From a virus, in IMG/VR virus record IMGVR_UViG_3300035696_000005, positions 1 to 64,000 of that record: a stretch of DNA of 64,000 nucleotides. One strand, given 5' to 3'. The notes beneath the pieces are model-generated. The model was not told the origin of the DNA and ran no database searches. It saw nothing but the letters and a program-made list of their open reading frames with translations. How positions within the stretch are numbered: the first letter of the stretch is position 1; each line of letters opens with the position of its first letter. Shown piece by piece: positions 29,476 through 38,824 of the stretch. Made by a program: the position numbers and the translations under genes.

Positions 29476-29696
29476 GTACAAACAAAAAGAACCACATCTC
29501 AGAGCTAATTAGTCCGGGAGACTATTGTCTTACAGATATCGGAATTATACTGCTCTGCCCTTTCTGCAAAACAAGGATGAGCTGCACACAAAAGATTGTG
29601 CGTATAGAACCACTAACCCTCTCGCCCTCTGTACGATCTGCATGCGGGCATCATTTCTATATTTGCAATGGGGAAGTAAGACAAGTAAAGCCGTAG
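29472..29696 (+). CDS. DUF6527-like small zinc-ribbon protein
   Basis: LCPFCK...LTLSPSVRSACGHHFYICNGEV; TTG start overlaps the previous stop. Confidence 0.55.
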   Translation: MSTNKKNHISELISPGDYCLTDIGIILLCPFCKTRMSCTQKIVRIEPLTLSPSVRSACGHHFYICNGEVRQVKP

Positions 29697-29706
29697 GCGG
29701 ATAGCT

Positions 29707-30045
29707 AAAAAATTCCCCCTCTCGGGGATACAGACCATGGACGGTCCACATACCCAAGTCGAGCACAAATCCGTTAGCTCCCATAGGAGCGGATTTGCTG
29801 GGACTTGAGTAGGGTCCTTATCCTTTCTTGTATACCTGGTAAAGATTCTTTACACGTTAGGCGAACTTAATCTCCCTATGTAATCCTCCTACCAAGCATA
29901 CAGCTCAGTGTTTACTAGGGTCTTCCTAACCATATCACTTCGTTATAAGAACGAAGTCGTCTGTTCCATGAGACGACATGTAAGCTCTTAGCTAGAAGGT
30001 ATAACAGTTAAAAAAGAAGTGCGTTGTTAAACACACTTCTTTTCT
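29707..30045 (-). ncRNA. Candidate structured non-coding RNA
   Basis: ORF-free; long hairpin 29751-29811 with G-U pairs only on the minus strand; further hairpins; terminator-like end at 29707-29730. Confidence 0.35.
30010..30044. terminator. Terminator-like hairpin
   Basis: AAAAGAAGTG-CGTTGTTAAACA-CACTTCTTTT. Confidence 0.55.
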
Positions 30046-30053
30046 CTATATAT

Positions 30054-30078
30054 CTTATACCCGATTTTGGGGTAGTTT
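30054..30078 (-). promoter_or_regulatory. AAA-N-G-N-TATAAG promoter-like motif
   Basis: CTAAACTACCCCAAAATCGGG-TATAAG. Confidence 0.5.
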
Positions 30079-30361
30079 AGAGTGACTTCTCCGGAGGCTC
30101 TCTTTCCTCAAGAAGGGGGTATACCGTCTCATAGAACTTAACGAACTTGTCGAAAACCTCTTGGCTGATCTTCCAATTCTCCGTTTTGTAGGAAACGTGA
30201 GTGGGTCCGATGTAAAGCTTATCGATACAGAAGTCTCCCTCAGGGAACCTTTCGATCTCATGCCAAGCTTCCCCGCAAGGTTGCCAGTTCCAACAGACCT
30301 CTGCCATGAGTTGTCTAAAATTCATTTCAGGTAGTTGCGCTACCCACTCTTCGTCGTGCAT
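30077..30361 (-). CDS. Hypothetical protein
   Basis: Operon ORF. Confidence 0.6.
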   Translation of the reverse strand: MHDEEWVAQLPEMNFRQLMAEVCWNWQPCGEAWHEIERFPEGDFCIDKLYIGPTHVSYKTENWKISQEVFDKFVKFYETVYPLLEEREPPEKSL

Positions 30362-30843
30362 GTGTTTCCTTTCAATGAGAACAAAAATTCGTCCAGGCTA
30401 GCCAGGCGATTAGGATCGCCCAGATTAAAGACAGGTATCCGATAGCTCTCGGCAAGAACAATGGCGGTGCGAGTGCCACCCACCTTCTCAGCATCTTTTG
30501 TCCAGCATATAAGAAACTCACTAGGGGAGATAAGATCCTTACCCAAAACTTGGAATACATTTCTTCCATGAAGCTTGCGAGCAAGCGGAGTACACGCAGC
30601 CCAATTAGGATGAATCTTTTCTGCGATCTTCTCCGCCTGGGTGGTTGAATCTCCTGCATAAAAGATCTCCTTGTTTCTGGAATCCCTGGCACCACGCTCG
30701 AAAGCAATATCAGCTCCTTCAGCTCCGCCTGAGCGAAGAATGAAGCCAAAGCCCTCTAAAATCGAGGCTGTCAGGGACATTAAAGCGCAAACTTCTATTG
30801 GTGTGCTTCTTGAACCTACGCCAGTGTAAAATCTATTTCCCAT
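30340..30843 (-). CDS. SLOG/DprA-like superfamily protein
   Basis: FYTGVGSRSTP, LRSGGAEGADIAFERGA, GGTRTAIVLA, IPVFNL. Confidence 0.75.
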   Translation of the reverse strand: MGNRFYTGVGSRSTPIEVCALMSLTASILEGFGFILRSGGAEGADIAFERGARDSRNKEIFYAGDSTTQAEKIAEKIHPNWAACTPLARKLHGRNVFQVLGKDLISPSEFLICWTKDAEKVGGTRTAIVLAESYRIPVFNLGDPNRLASLDEFLFSLKGNTCTTKSG

Positions 30844-31234
30844 ACTTATGACCACAGCATTCCGGAAGGTAGTCGCTGTCGTAACATCCGTTAGGGCACT
30901 CTTCATCTGGTGGAGTCATAGCGCATTTTTCCACCGCCTCTGGGTTTCCTTCAGCTTCACGAAAAAGTCTTTCGGCTTCCTGGCTCATGTGAATAATTCC
31001 TTGATCCAAACAATAGTTTACCGACTCATAATACAGAGGACCTAGGAATAGAAAGTTTGCCTTGTAGAGATGAAGTACATCAAAGAGATAAGAATCGGAA
31101 GCAATTTGATCTGCCTTCAGCTCAGAGAATTGATCCGAGTTATCTCTGATGAATTCCCTGAATGCCGGGACATCGTGCTTTTTCATAATGTCTAAGAGTC
31201 GATACTTCTGATCTCTAAATGGATCTTTTTTCAT
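30833..31234 (-). CDS. Hypothetical protein with Cys-rich tail
   Basis: Operon ORF; start set at MKKDPF. Confidence 0.6.
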   Translation of the reverse strand: MKKDPFRDQKYRLLDIMKKHDVPAFREFIRDNSDQFSELKADQIASDSYLFDVLHLYKANFLFLGPLYYESVNYCLDQGIIHMSQEAERLFREAEGNPEAVEKCAMTPPDEECPNGCYDSDYLPECCGHKYGK

Positions 31235-31529
31235 TGATAAACTCCAACGTGGCAAGACAGATGGCGTGTGCTACTGACTCACCCTGTTTTGTGATGAATC
31301 TATGAAAAGAGTCGACGGGTTTGTCGAGATAGCCGATAGTGACGAAATGTCCGCGCTTTCCTTCTGACATTGTTTTATACGCAAACGTGCAGCCAGAGTT
31401 TTCAAGCCTATTTACGATCTGCCAGGCTGCAGCAACGTTTGTAGAATAGTGCGGAAGATTACCACGATCGCACCACTTCCAATCCATGAATCTACCGATC
31501 GCAAGATCAAGTTCTTCGCCGGGTTTCAT
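31215..31529 (-). CDS. Phage ABA-sandwich-like protein
   Basis: LDLAI..., HYSTNVAAAWQIV, AHAICLATL. Confidence 0.65.
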   Translation of the reverse strand: MKPGEELDLAIGRFMDWKWCDRGNLPHYSTNVAAAWQIVNRLENSGCTFAYKTMSEGKRGHFVTIGYLDKPVDSFHRFITKQGESVAHAICLATLEFINEKRSI

Positions 31530-31587
31530 TGCATCTCTCCTATGTAAAAGAAAGCGGGTGGAGCTTTCGCCCCACCCACCAACTTAC

Positions 31588-32010
31588 TTAAAACGGAATC
31601 GAGTCGTCACCAAATCCCGCATCCGCAGCCGGAGCAGCGCCCGCCGTAGCTGCGGCACCTGCACTAGCACCCGCCCCACCGGCAGAACCAAGAAACTGAA
31701 CGTGCTGAGCATTGATCTCAGTCGTGTACTGTGTCTTGCCTTCCTTGTTCTCCCATTGGCGAGTCTGGAGTTTTCCCTCGATGTAGATCTGCTTACCCTT
31801 CTTCAGGTACTTCTGGCAGATCTCCGCAGTCTTGCCCCAGACTACAATTTTATGCCATTCCGTCTTTTCTTGCTTGGTACCGGACTTGTCGGTCCAGGAT
31901 TCATTCGTTGCGACACTGAAGTTTGCCACTGCAGCTCCCGAGGGAGTGAAGCGGACTTCAGGATCTTGCCCCAAATGACCAATCAAGATTACTTTGTTTA
32001 CACCTGACAT
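31588..32010 (-). CDS. ssb: Single-stranded DNA-binding protein
   Basis: [34 protein letters not shown], acidic DDSIPF tail. Confidence 0.97.
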   Translation of the reverse strand: MSGVNKVILIGHLGQDPEVRFTPSGAAVANFSVATNESWTDKSGTKQEKTEWHKIVVWGKTAEICQKYLKKGKQIYIEGKLQTRQWENKEGKTQYTTEINAQHVQFLGSAGGAGASAGAAATAGAAPAADAGFGDDSIPF

Positions 32011-32058
32011 TGCGTCTTCCTTTCTTAAAGTAGAGCAACCCTGCTCTACTACGTTAAG

Positions 32059-32220
32059 CTACTCTGGATTCACGATTAAAACCAAAGTAGCACCAAGTAT
32101 CACCGCAGCAACAATATCGAAGGGAATCCCCACGCTACCTGCTACGACGAGGATTGCAGCGCTTGCACCTAAAACTTTGTAAGCTTGCTTTCCTCTTTTG
32201 GAGTGCTTTGAACCTGCCAT
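32059..32220 (-). CDS. Small membrane protein
   Basis: GGAGG RBS; two hydrophobic segments. Confidence 0.6.
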   Translation of the reverse strand: MAGSKHSKRGKQAYKVLGASAAILVVAGSVGIPFDIVAAVILGATLVLIVNPE

Positions 32221-32242
32221 AGTAAGCCCTCCTTCCGCCAAT

Positions 32243-32266
32243 CTTATACCGAAGATTGAGAAGTTT
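32243..32266 (-). promoter_or_regulatory. AAA-N-G-N-TATAAG promoter-like motif
   Basis: GAACAAACTTCTCAATCTTCGG-TATAAG. Confidence 0.55.
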
Positions 32267-32299
32267 GTTCCTAGAAAAAATGCTGCTATGATCTAATCT

Positions 32300-33412
32300 A
32301 TGGCCATAGAGAAAAGTCCCTACGAGGGCACTTTCGATAACCTGAACGGTAGAGCAGCCTTAGGACGCGTAGTGAGTGTGGATGTCACAAATAGGAGATG
32401 CCGAGTCAAAACCATCGGCTCTCAGGGTCCTAAGATGCCAGGAAAAAACCGTGCCACAGGAATGGGAACAGATGACCACGATGTTCCTGATGTTCAGTGG
32501 ATCACGACCTCAGCGAGTGATGCCGGAGCAGAAGATACTTCTATCCCAGCCATTGGACAGATCGGCGTTCTTCTTTACATCAATTCAGAACCTTACTTGA
32601 TTGGTTTCTTCCGCACCATGCAGCCAGCCCCACAAGACGTACCGGCGGGAACCGAAGAAGATGCCCTTGAAGCTCTGATCACCGAAGGGGATCGCATCCT
32701 CACAACGATCGGTGGTAATAGTGTCATCCTTCGTTCGGGTGGATCTATTGAAATTAGAAGTACTGCTGTATGCCGTACGTTCTGGCTACCGACCAATCTC
32801 ATGACATCCGTCTGCGGTGATTTCGAGCTCGATACTGACGGTGGTTACATCACCTGGGAGCGCACTCCACAAACAAACGACGAGATGCTTGAGTTCTTCA
32901 TTCAAGACAATCTTGAGCCCGAGAATTGCATTGATCTTCAGTTAGGAACAACAGAGGCCGGAAACCTCGTTGATCTTAAGATTGGTGCAGTCGACATCGA
33001 TGATTTTACCTTCACCAACGTACAAGTTTCGCTCAGTATCGATCCCGACGGAAACGTCACTGTACAGGTAGGTAACGTATCCAGCGGGACACCGAATGCG
33101 TCTTTGACCATTGAGGCTGCAACAGGCAACACAACCTATAGCACCCAAGGTTCAATGACTATGAACGTGAAGCAAGATCTCACAGCAACCGTACAGGGTG
33201 ACGCGACTGTAACCGTCACTGGAGATATCAATGCTACGACCCAAGCTGATGCCAACGTGACGGCTTCTGGAACAGTGAACGTAAAAGGTGAGAAGATTCT
33301 GCTCAATGGAGAGCTCTCAGGAGTCACGACCGAAAATTCCCACTATGGGGTCGTCGATTTTATTACGGGTGTTCCAGTTGAACCAAGCATGACAACATTC
33401 TCGGACGTTTAA
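32300..33412 (+). CDS. Baseplate spike protein (gpV/gp5-like)
   Basis: N-terminal GRVVSVD...RCRVK OB-like region and P.IGQ.G.L; C-terminal beta-helix repeats (TVQGDATVTVTGD). Confidence 0.7.
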   Translation: MAIEKSPYEGTFDNLNGRAALGRVVSVDVTNRRCRVKTIGSQGPKMPGKNRATGMGTDDHDVPDVQWITTSASDAGAEDTSIPAIGQIGVLLYINSEPYLIGFFRTMQPAPQDVPAGTEEDALEALITEGDRILTTIGGNSVILRSGGSIEIRSTAVCRTFWLPTNLMTSVCGDFELDTDGGYITWERTPQTNDEMLEFFIQDNLEPENCIDLQLGTTEAGNLVDLKIGAVDIDDFTFTNVQVSLSIDPDGNVTVQVGNVSSGTPNASLTIEAATGNTTYSTQGSMTMNVKQDLTATVQGDATVTVTGDINATTQADANVTASGTVNVKGEKILLNGELSGVTTENSHYGVVDFITGVPVEPSMTTFSDV

Positions 33413-34143
33413 TGCCTCCCGTTGGACTTGTATTAGGCGGAATGATTCAGACTGAAGTGGATGGGCTGATGGCTGCCATCCAGGGGACTAGTAAAATAAA
33501 GTTTCAAGGAGTACACCCACTTCTCCAAAAGAATCCTGCCTACTACATTCAGTTCTGCAATGCGATCGGACAAGGACTCATTAACGGAGGTCCTGTGATC
33601 GAATTCACAACCAACGATACCGGGCTTTCTGCCTCACCTCTTATCCCGGGAACAGGACTTGGAATTGGAATTTTTATCGATAAAGACTTCTTTCGAGAGA
33701 ATGCCTATACCAATGCCAGAAACGCAATCATCGAAAGATTCCAAAGAACCTACAACGATCCTTATCCGCCAGGACCCGACAACACAGGGCAATTCCTAGA
33801 TGCTATTTGTAACGGAGTAGCGACATCGGTTCATGATTACTACACTACAGCATGGACTCTTAACTCAGTTCATCCCCAAATCTATCAAGGGACAGGTCTA
33901 ATCACAGACGGACAATTTTCTGGAATTAGCTCGGGGGCTATCGCAAGTTCGATTCAGTCCTACCTTTCAGGCTTTCAAGGAGAATTCTATCCCGAACTCA
34001 TCCAAGCTATCGCGGATGCTTATGTTTTAACCATTACCACTATGGCCACAGGAACGGTTACAATAACAGGAACTTGTGTGCCCTCTATCAGCCAAGTCTG
34101 CGCTATCCCGTCGACTGGACACGGTACTGGCGTTGCATCTTGA
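33412..34143 (+). CDS. Probable baseplate-associated protein
   Basis: TAATG coupling to the spike gene. Confidence 0.5.
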   Translation: MPPVGLVLGGMIQTEVDGLMAAIQGTSKIKFQGVHPLLQKNPAYYIQFCNAIGQGLINGGPVIEFTTNDTGLSASPLIPGTGLGIGIFIDKDFFRENAYTNARNAIIERFQRTYNDPYPPGPDNTGQFLDAICNGVATSVHDYYTTAWTLNSVHPQIYQGTGLITDGQFSGISSGAIASSIQSYLSGFQGEFYPELIQAIADAYVLTITTMATGTVTITGTCVPSISQVCAIPSTGHGTGVAS

Positions 34144-34207
34144 TTGATTCACAAGCCTTTAATTACGTTGTATTATGTAAAGGTTATTACCCCAAGGAGA
34201 ACTTGAC

Positions 34208-36796
34208 ATGGCGGGTCTAGAAAATCTATTTGCGGCAGAACCCACACTCCCAAACGTCCAGACGACCAAACTACCGGACGACCCTCAGCAGTGGGCAGAA
34301 GTCATTACGACTAGGCTTCGTGAGCAGTATCCAGAAGTTACTCGCCTCCCTCTTGTGGTTGAGTATCGGAAAAAGGACCCGCAAAGTGGTACCGCGATTG
34401 GTGCTATCCAGGTTTCCAGTGAAACTGGAAAGACTCTTTTCGTTCCGTTCATCATTAAAAAGTTCGAGCTCTACCCGCTTGATATTTGGATGGAGGCTCA
34501 GACTCAAAATGTTCACCCGCTAACGAACGATACGTTCAAAGAGCAGTTCTTTACTCGCGCTATTGCGGACGCTCTTGACCAGCGCCCTTTCGATGCCGCA
34601 GGTCAGTACTTCAACGACCCCTCTCTTTGGACCTCGAACTATCCTCCGCTCCAAGGTCGTTACTCTTACGCGTCCGGTGGTTATCAGATCCTGGATCAAA
34701 TCGAAGATACGATGACCCGCGAGCACTGGGACATCTTCAAGAAGTCCCTTGAGAAGCATGCTTACGCCTTGATGAACTACAAGAAGGGAACTAAAGGACA
34801 GTACGAGCTCATCTCAAAGCTTGCTCAGAAGAAAATCCCCGCTAAAAATAACACCAACGACTTTGCAACAAGCGCCGCAAAGCTGATCCCAGTGGGTGCT
34901 GCCAGCATCAAGCGCGAAGGCTACGATAAATACTCCGTCATCTCGATGGCAGATCAGCTCTTTGATCTCTCGGGTAGTGAGTATATGAACCGCGAAGACT
35001 GCGCACGCTTTCTTTCAAAGATCTACCCAAAGCCCTGGGAATTCCTGCATGAAGTAGACCAGGAAGGCGAGAAGCTGGTTGTTGTGAAGCCAGCACCTGA
35101 AAAAGGTGTGTTTCTTTACGACGACATGAGAGACAGACCTGAAGCGGCTAACGAGTTTGCTGTCTACGACGTGAAGAACCAAATGGGAATGCACATGCTG
35201 GGCGTTGTATTCCCTTATGTCGTTGGTTTCGACGGCAAAAAGAAAAATCAGAAGCTCTTTATCAGCTCTGAGAACTCAACGATGCAAGGAAATATCGCTG
35301 GTATTAAGCGTGAAAACAGCGACTATTTCCTAAAGCTCTTTCGCCACCCAAAAGCCTGCCGTGTGGGTCAGACCGGAACGTTTATCTTTATCGATGACGG
35401 TAAGGCAATCGCAACGGTTCCTGTGACCATTAAAGCCATCGAGGGGCATGGTCCAATTACAGCCATCACAATGGATGGCCAGAAGATCAAAATCAAACGC
35501 AGTTGGGGCGATGACAACGTCATGGAGCCTGCTTCTCCTGCGATGAAAAAGAAGCCAAACTTCCTTGATGCCCACGGCATGGTTGAAGTTCGCCCGAAGG
35601 AATACGTCATCCCTCGTCGCATGACCTGGTTTCCAATGGAGGGCTTCAGAGACGTGAGTTCCACTGCCGAAGAGTGGATGAATAAAGAAGCTGCGCTCCA
35701 CATGGAAATGGACCCAATGGTCGTTCGTTGGACCGGGATTGTTTATGATATCTCTGGCTCCGGAATGGATAAGGTTTCTCTTGATGAGCGCCAAACGAAG
35801 CTACTTCTTGCTACTCGTGGAGCAACCATTGAGAAAGTAGCCCAGATCATTAAGAAAGCCCGTGCTGCAGGTCGTGTGAAAGTTCACAATCTTCAGCCTC
35901 TTCGCAAAAAGGCTGACATTATCAAATATGCGGCAGACACCTACCAGTCGCTTGAGAAGATCTGTGCTGAACTTCGTTGCGATTTTGTCAAAGAGGCCGC
36001 AGAGATTGATGATGCAATGACGGTTGATGCTCTTTTGTCGCTTGGATTCATTAACCCTGAGAACCTCTCTAAGTTCGTTTCCTTCAAACCTGTATTTGAA
36101 AAGGTGATGGATTACCTGGCTGAGCTCACGCTTGCTTGCCGTTTGGGACTTAAGGATCTCAATGAGTCTGCTCTTGTTACTGTCTTGGGTCGCCTTGGCG
36201 AAGTCATTGAGGGACTAAAGAAAGTCGAGAACGGTCTTAAGAAGCCTGGGATTAAGACGGCTTCCGCTTCTTGCCCTGCTTGTAAAAAGAAGGGCTGCGA
36301 GTGCGGTGGTAAGTGCGATTGCTGCAAGGAGTTCGTCAAAGAGCACGAGAAGAAGTTCCATAAAGAGTCTGCCGTTAAGTCCCCGCATCTCTGGCCCAAA
36401 AGTCTGCGCCCTGCAAAGGGAAGTAAACTTCTCGATAAAGGCCACAAAGCCCTTACCGGAGCCGGTGCTGCCGCAGGTCTTTATACAGCGCTCAAGCCGC
36501 GCCACCACAAAGAAGCCGCCGCAAAGGATAAGACGCACGTGCCACCGGCGGGCATGAGCACCAGACCTACTCAAGAAGGCAATCCTTTCGCTGACGGTAT
36601 GGTAGACGGAGAGATGGAAGGGCATATGTATCTGGAGCGATGGAGAAATGATCCAAAGGCGATGCTGGCTTATCTTAACGGAAAAAGAACTGCCGAAATG
36701 AATAAAGCAACTACGGCGATGGGGGCGGGCTTTCAACCGCCCAACGGGCTGAAGCCGCAAAAACCTCAAGCTCCTGCTAAACCGGCTAAAAAATAA
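34208..36796 (+). CDS. Large probable head/internal protein
   Basis: AGGAG RBS; many K-x-A motifs; Cys cluster CPACKKKGCECGGKCDCC. Confidence 0.65.
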   Translation: MAGLENLFAAEPTLPNVQTTKLPDDPQQWAEVITTRLREQYPEVTRLPLVVEYRKKDPQSGTAIGAIQVSSETGKTLFVPFIIKKFELYPLDIWMEAQTQNVHPLTNDTFKEQFFTRAIADALDQRPFDAAGQYFNDPSLWTSNYPPLQGRYSYASGGYQILDQIEDTMTREHWDIFKKSLEKHAYALMNYKKGTKGQYELISKLAQKKIPAKNNTNDFATSAAKLIPVGAASIKREGYDKYSVISMADQLFDLSGSEYMNREDCARFLSKIYPKPWEFLHEVDQEGEKLVVVKPAPEKGVFLYDDMRDRPEAANEFAVYDVKNQMGMHMLGVVFPYVVGFDGKKKNQKLFISSENSTMQGNIAGIKRENSDYFLKLFRHPKACRVGQTGTFIFIDDGKAIATVPVTIKAIEGHGPITAITMDGQKIKIKRSWGDDNVMEPASPAMKKKPNFLDAHGMVEVRPKEYVIPRRMTWFPMEGFRDVSSTAEEWMNKEAALHMEMDPMVVRWTGIVYDISGSGMDKVSLDERQTKLLLATRGATIEKVAQIIKKARAAGRVKVHNLQPLRKKADIIKYAADTYQSLEKICAELRCDFVKEAAEIDDAMTVDALLSLGFINPENLSKFVSFKPVFEKVMDYLAELTLACRLGLKDLNESALVTVLGRLGEVIEGLKKVENGLKKPGIKTASASCPACKKKGCECGGKCDCCKEFVKEHEKKFHKESAVKSPHLWPKSLRPAKGSKLLDKGHKALTGAGAAAGLYTALKPRHHKEAAAKDKTHVPPAGMSTRPTQEGNPFADGMVDGEMEGHMYLERWRNDPKAMLAYLNGKRTAEMNKATTAMGAGFQPPNGLKPQKPQAPAKPAKK

Positions 36797-36798
36797 AT

Positions 36799-37212
36799 AT
36801 GGGACGATATAGTCCGACTCAAAAAGAAGCGAAAAAGCGCTACTACATTAAATTTAAAGATGACCCCGTTTTTAAGGAAAAAAGAAAACGGCTTTGCTAT
36901 GCACATAGCAAAACGCCAAAAGGGCGTTTAGCTAGAGCGCGAAGAGCGGCTATCAGAAGAGGATTCACGTGGGAGATATCTCTGGAAGTCTATGCGAAAC
37001 TGCTTGAAGGCTCCTGTCACTATTGTGGTGGCAAATTAAATCAAGCCGGGGGCGGGTTAGACAGGAAAGACTCCGCTATTGGGTATACAATAGAAAATGT
37101 TGTCCCGTGCTGTGGAAACTGCAACAAACTGAAAAATAATTTTCTTACAGAAGATGAAGCGGTTCAACTAATAGGACTTCTGAAGATTATACGCGGTGGG
37201 AGGGTTTGGTAA
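36799..37212 (+). CDS. Free-standing HNH-like endonuclease
   Basis: CHYCGG...GLDRKDSAIGYTIENVVPCCGNCNKLK. Confidence 0.8.
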   Translation: MGRYSPTQKEAKKRYYIKFKDDPVFKEKRKRLCYAHSKTPKGRLARARRAAIRRGFTWEISLEVYAKLLEGSCHYCGGKLNQAGGGLDRKDSAIGYTIENVVPCCGNCNKLKNNFLTEDEAVQLIGLLKIIRGGRVW

Positions 37213-37442
37213 TGTTTGCAGCAGGTTTTACTAAAAAAGCTGGCGTTGTCTCTTCCCTAAAGCGCGCCGTCGGACTCAAGCCCAGCGCTCACTCTCATAT
37301 GTCGCGTCTTGCGGATAAGGCACTGGAGAAGATGAATCTCCCTACCAGCCTTGTGGGAAGCACTCAGGGAAAAGCGCGTACCGCTCGTGGCGTTCACCAG
37401 CTAGAACGCCTCCAACACTTCTATAAGAGCAAAATGGCTTAA
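37212..37442 (+). CDS. Small GFxKxA-motif protein
   Basis: MFAAGFTKKA. Confidence 0.7.
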   Translation: MFAAGFTKKAGVVSSLKRAVGLKPSAHSHMSRLADKALEKMNLPTSLVGSTQGKARTARGVHQLERLQHFYKSKMA

Positions 37443-37443
37443 G

Positions 37444-37472
37444 TTGACTTATTCTAAAGGTCAATCAATACT
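37444..37472 (+). promoter_or_regulatory. Sigma70-like promoter
   Basis: TTGACT-17 nt-AATACT. Confidence 0.45.
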
Positions 37473-37478
37473 CAAGGG

Positions 37479-38405
37479 ATGAACCTGCCTTTTGCTAAGG
37501 GCTTAATCTGGCTCTATTTAGAGCAGCAAACCGACGAATTCATTGAACAGCAGTTTGATGAGATTACTCTTCCTTTGCCCGATCCTGACATCCTAGCGGA
37601 ACATAAGGAAGCAGCAGCCGCTCTTCCTTTGTCTCCTGCGATCTTAAAGCGTTTAGGTCATAAGAAATTCGAACAAACGGACTATCAAATCTTTCAAAAA
37701 ATAGGCTATGGAGAAGCTTATCTAAAGACAACTTGTTCATGTGATAAAGAAACAGGTCTTCAAGATCTTTGGAATGAGGTTCACCGCCTGCTTCGCAATC
37801 CAGTGGCGCGCACTGCTGTGGATGTGGGAATTCTTTGCAAGTACAGGTTTGAGGATCTTGTTCCGATGGTTTCAGGGACATTCCACGAAGTTCTCACGGA
37901 AAAGGGTTTAGAGCTATATCAAAAATATTTTTTTGATGCCGCTTCGATGACTAAACTTGACTGGAGAGCTTATCTCCGTATTTGTGCGGGGATTCCATAC
38001 CTTTATCTACGCATCCACACAGCCCTCACAAAGCCCAAGAAAGAAGCGATGCACTTAGCGGGGCTTCCGGCTAAGGCGGCCTTCGCCGACTTCTTAAAAA
38101 CCGTTCTGGCGACTGCTGAGTATAAGTTTGAATACTACTCACGCCACAATAACCAATGCTCGGACAATCAGGCAAGAGCCTGGGCTAAGATTGGTTTTGA
38201 CGCTGGTGTTAAATACGAGAAGTTCTCCGCAAGCGATGTAACAGACTTCTCCAAAGCTGTTCAAACTGAGTTCGAAAGCTTCAATGCCGAGATCCCTACG
38301 ATCTCCACAGACATGCTCAGTGAGGTGAAGCCTCCTGAGACTGAGGTGGAGAGTAAATCCAAAGCGCCTCCGGTTCCAGTGCTGGCTCCAGACACGGAAG
38401 TTTGA
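37479..38405 (+). CDS. Hypothetical protein (terminase small subunit candidate)
   Basis: Helical 308-aa ORF upstream of terL; function inferred from position only. Confidence 0.45.
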   Translation: MNLPFAKGLIWLYLEQQTDEFIEQQFDEITLPLPDPDILAEHKEAAAALPLSPAILKRLGHKKFEQTDYQIFQKIGYGEAYLKTTCSCDKETGLQDLWNEVHRLLRNPVARTAVDVGILCKYRFEDLVPMVSGTFHEVLTEKGLELYQKYFFDAASMTKLDWRAYLRICAGIPYLYLRIHTALTKPKKEAMHLAGLPAKAAFADFLKTVLATAEYKFEYYSRHNNQCSDNQARAWAKIGFDAGVKYEKFSASDVTDFSKAVQTEFESFNAEIPTISTDMLSEVKPPETEVESKSKAPPVPVLAPDTEV

Positions 38406-38824
38406 TTAGCCCGAGACTTGATTAAATTGGTCGCACAATTTATGTGTGGCGAGTGTGCGCAATGTGCAAGTCCGACTATCCTCGTCCACATAAAAACAGG
38501 CAGTGTGTGCACACATGTGCAACTTTCAACTTTGCGTCACACACACTCTTGACGCTCCTAGGTATGCGTCAGCTCAAATAAAAACAAGGATGCAAAGCGC
38601 AATGTGTTGAATGTGCACTCCTAAGCAATAAGCGACTCCATACAAACTATTTCTATTATACACACTGCATTACCTATGATTTTCTTTTCCTGTAAGGACC
38701 TTTGCGTATTAGCCCGCACATTCCCACGTTTCCACAGTCGCAGCGCATTACGAAAATCGTTTGAGTAAAGCGCTCTTCCAATTTTTAGTTATACAAAGTT
38801 GGCTCGGTGTATAACTGTAAGTAT

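Noticed and set aside
29925-29949. Plus-strand GTTATAAG as an eighth promoter, and CTTATA inside genes near 44158 and 48354
   Set aside because: The first has only a weak A-tract and is part of a hairpin; the intragenic copies lack the upstream A-tract or the -2 G.
29700-30050. Identification of the structured segment as 6S RNA, SRP RNA or a retron ncRNA
   Set aside because: No end-to-end rod with central bubble, no SRP motif, and no reverse transcriptase in the window.
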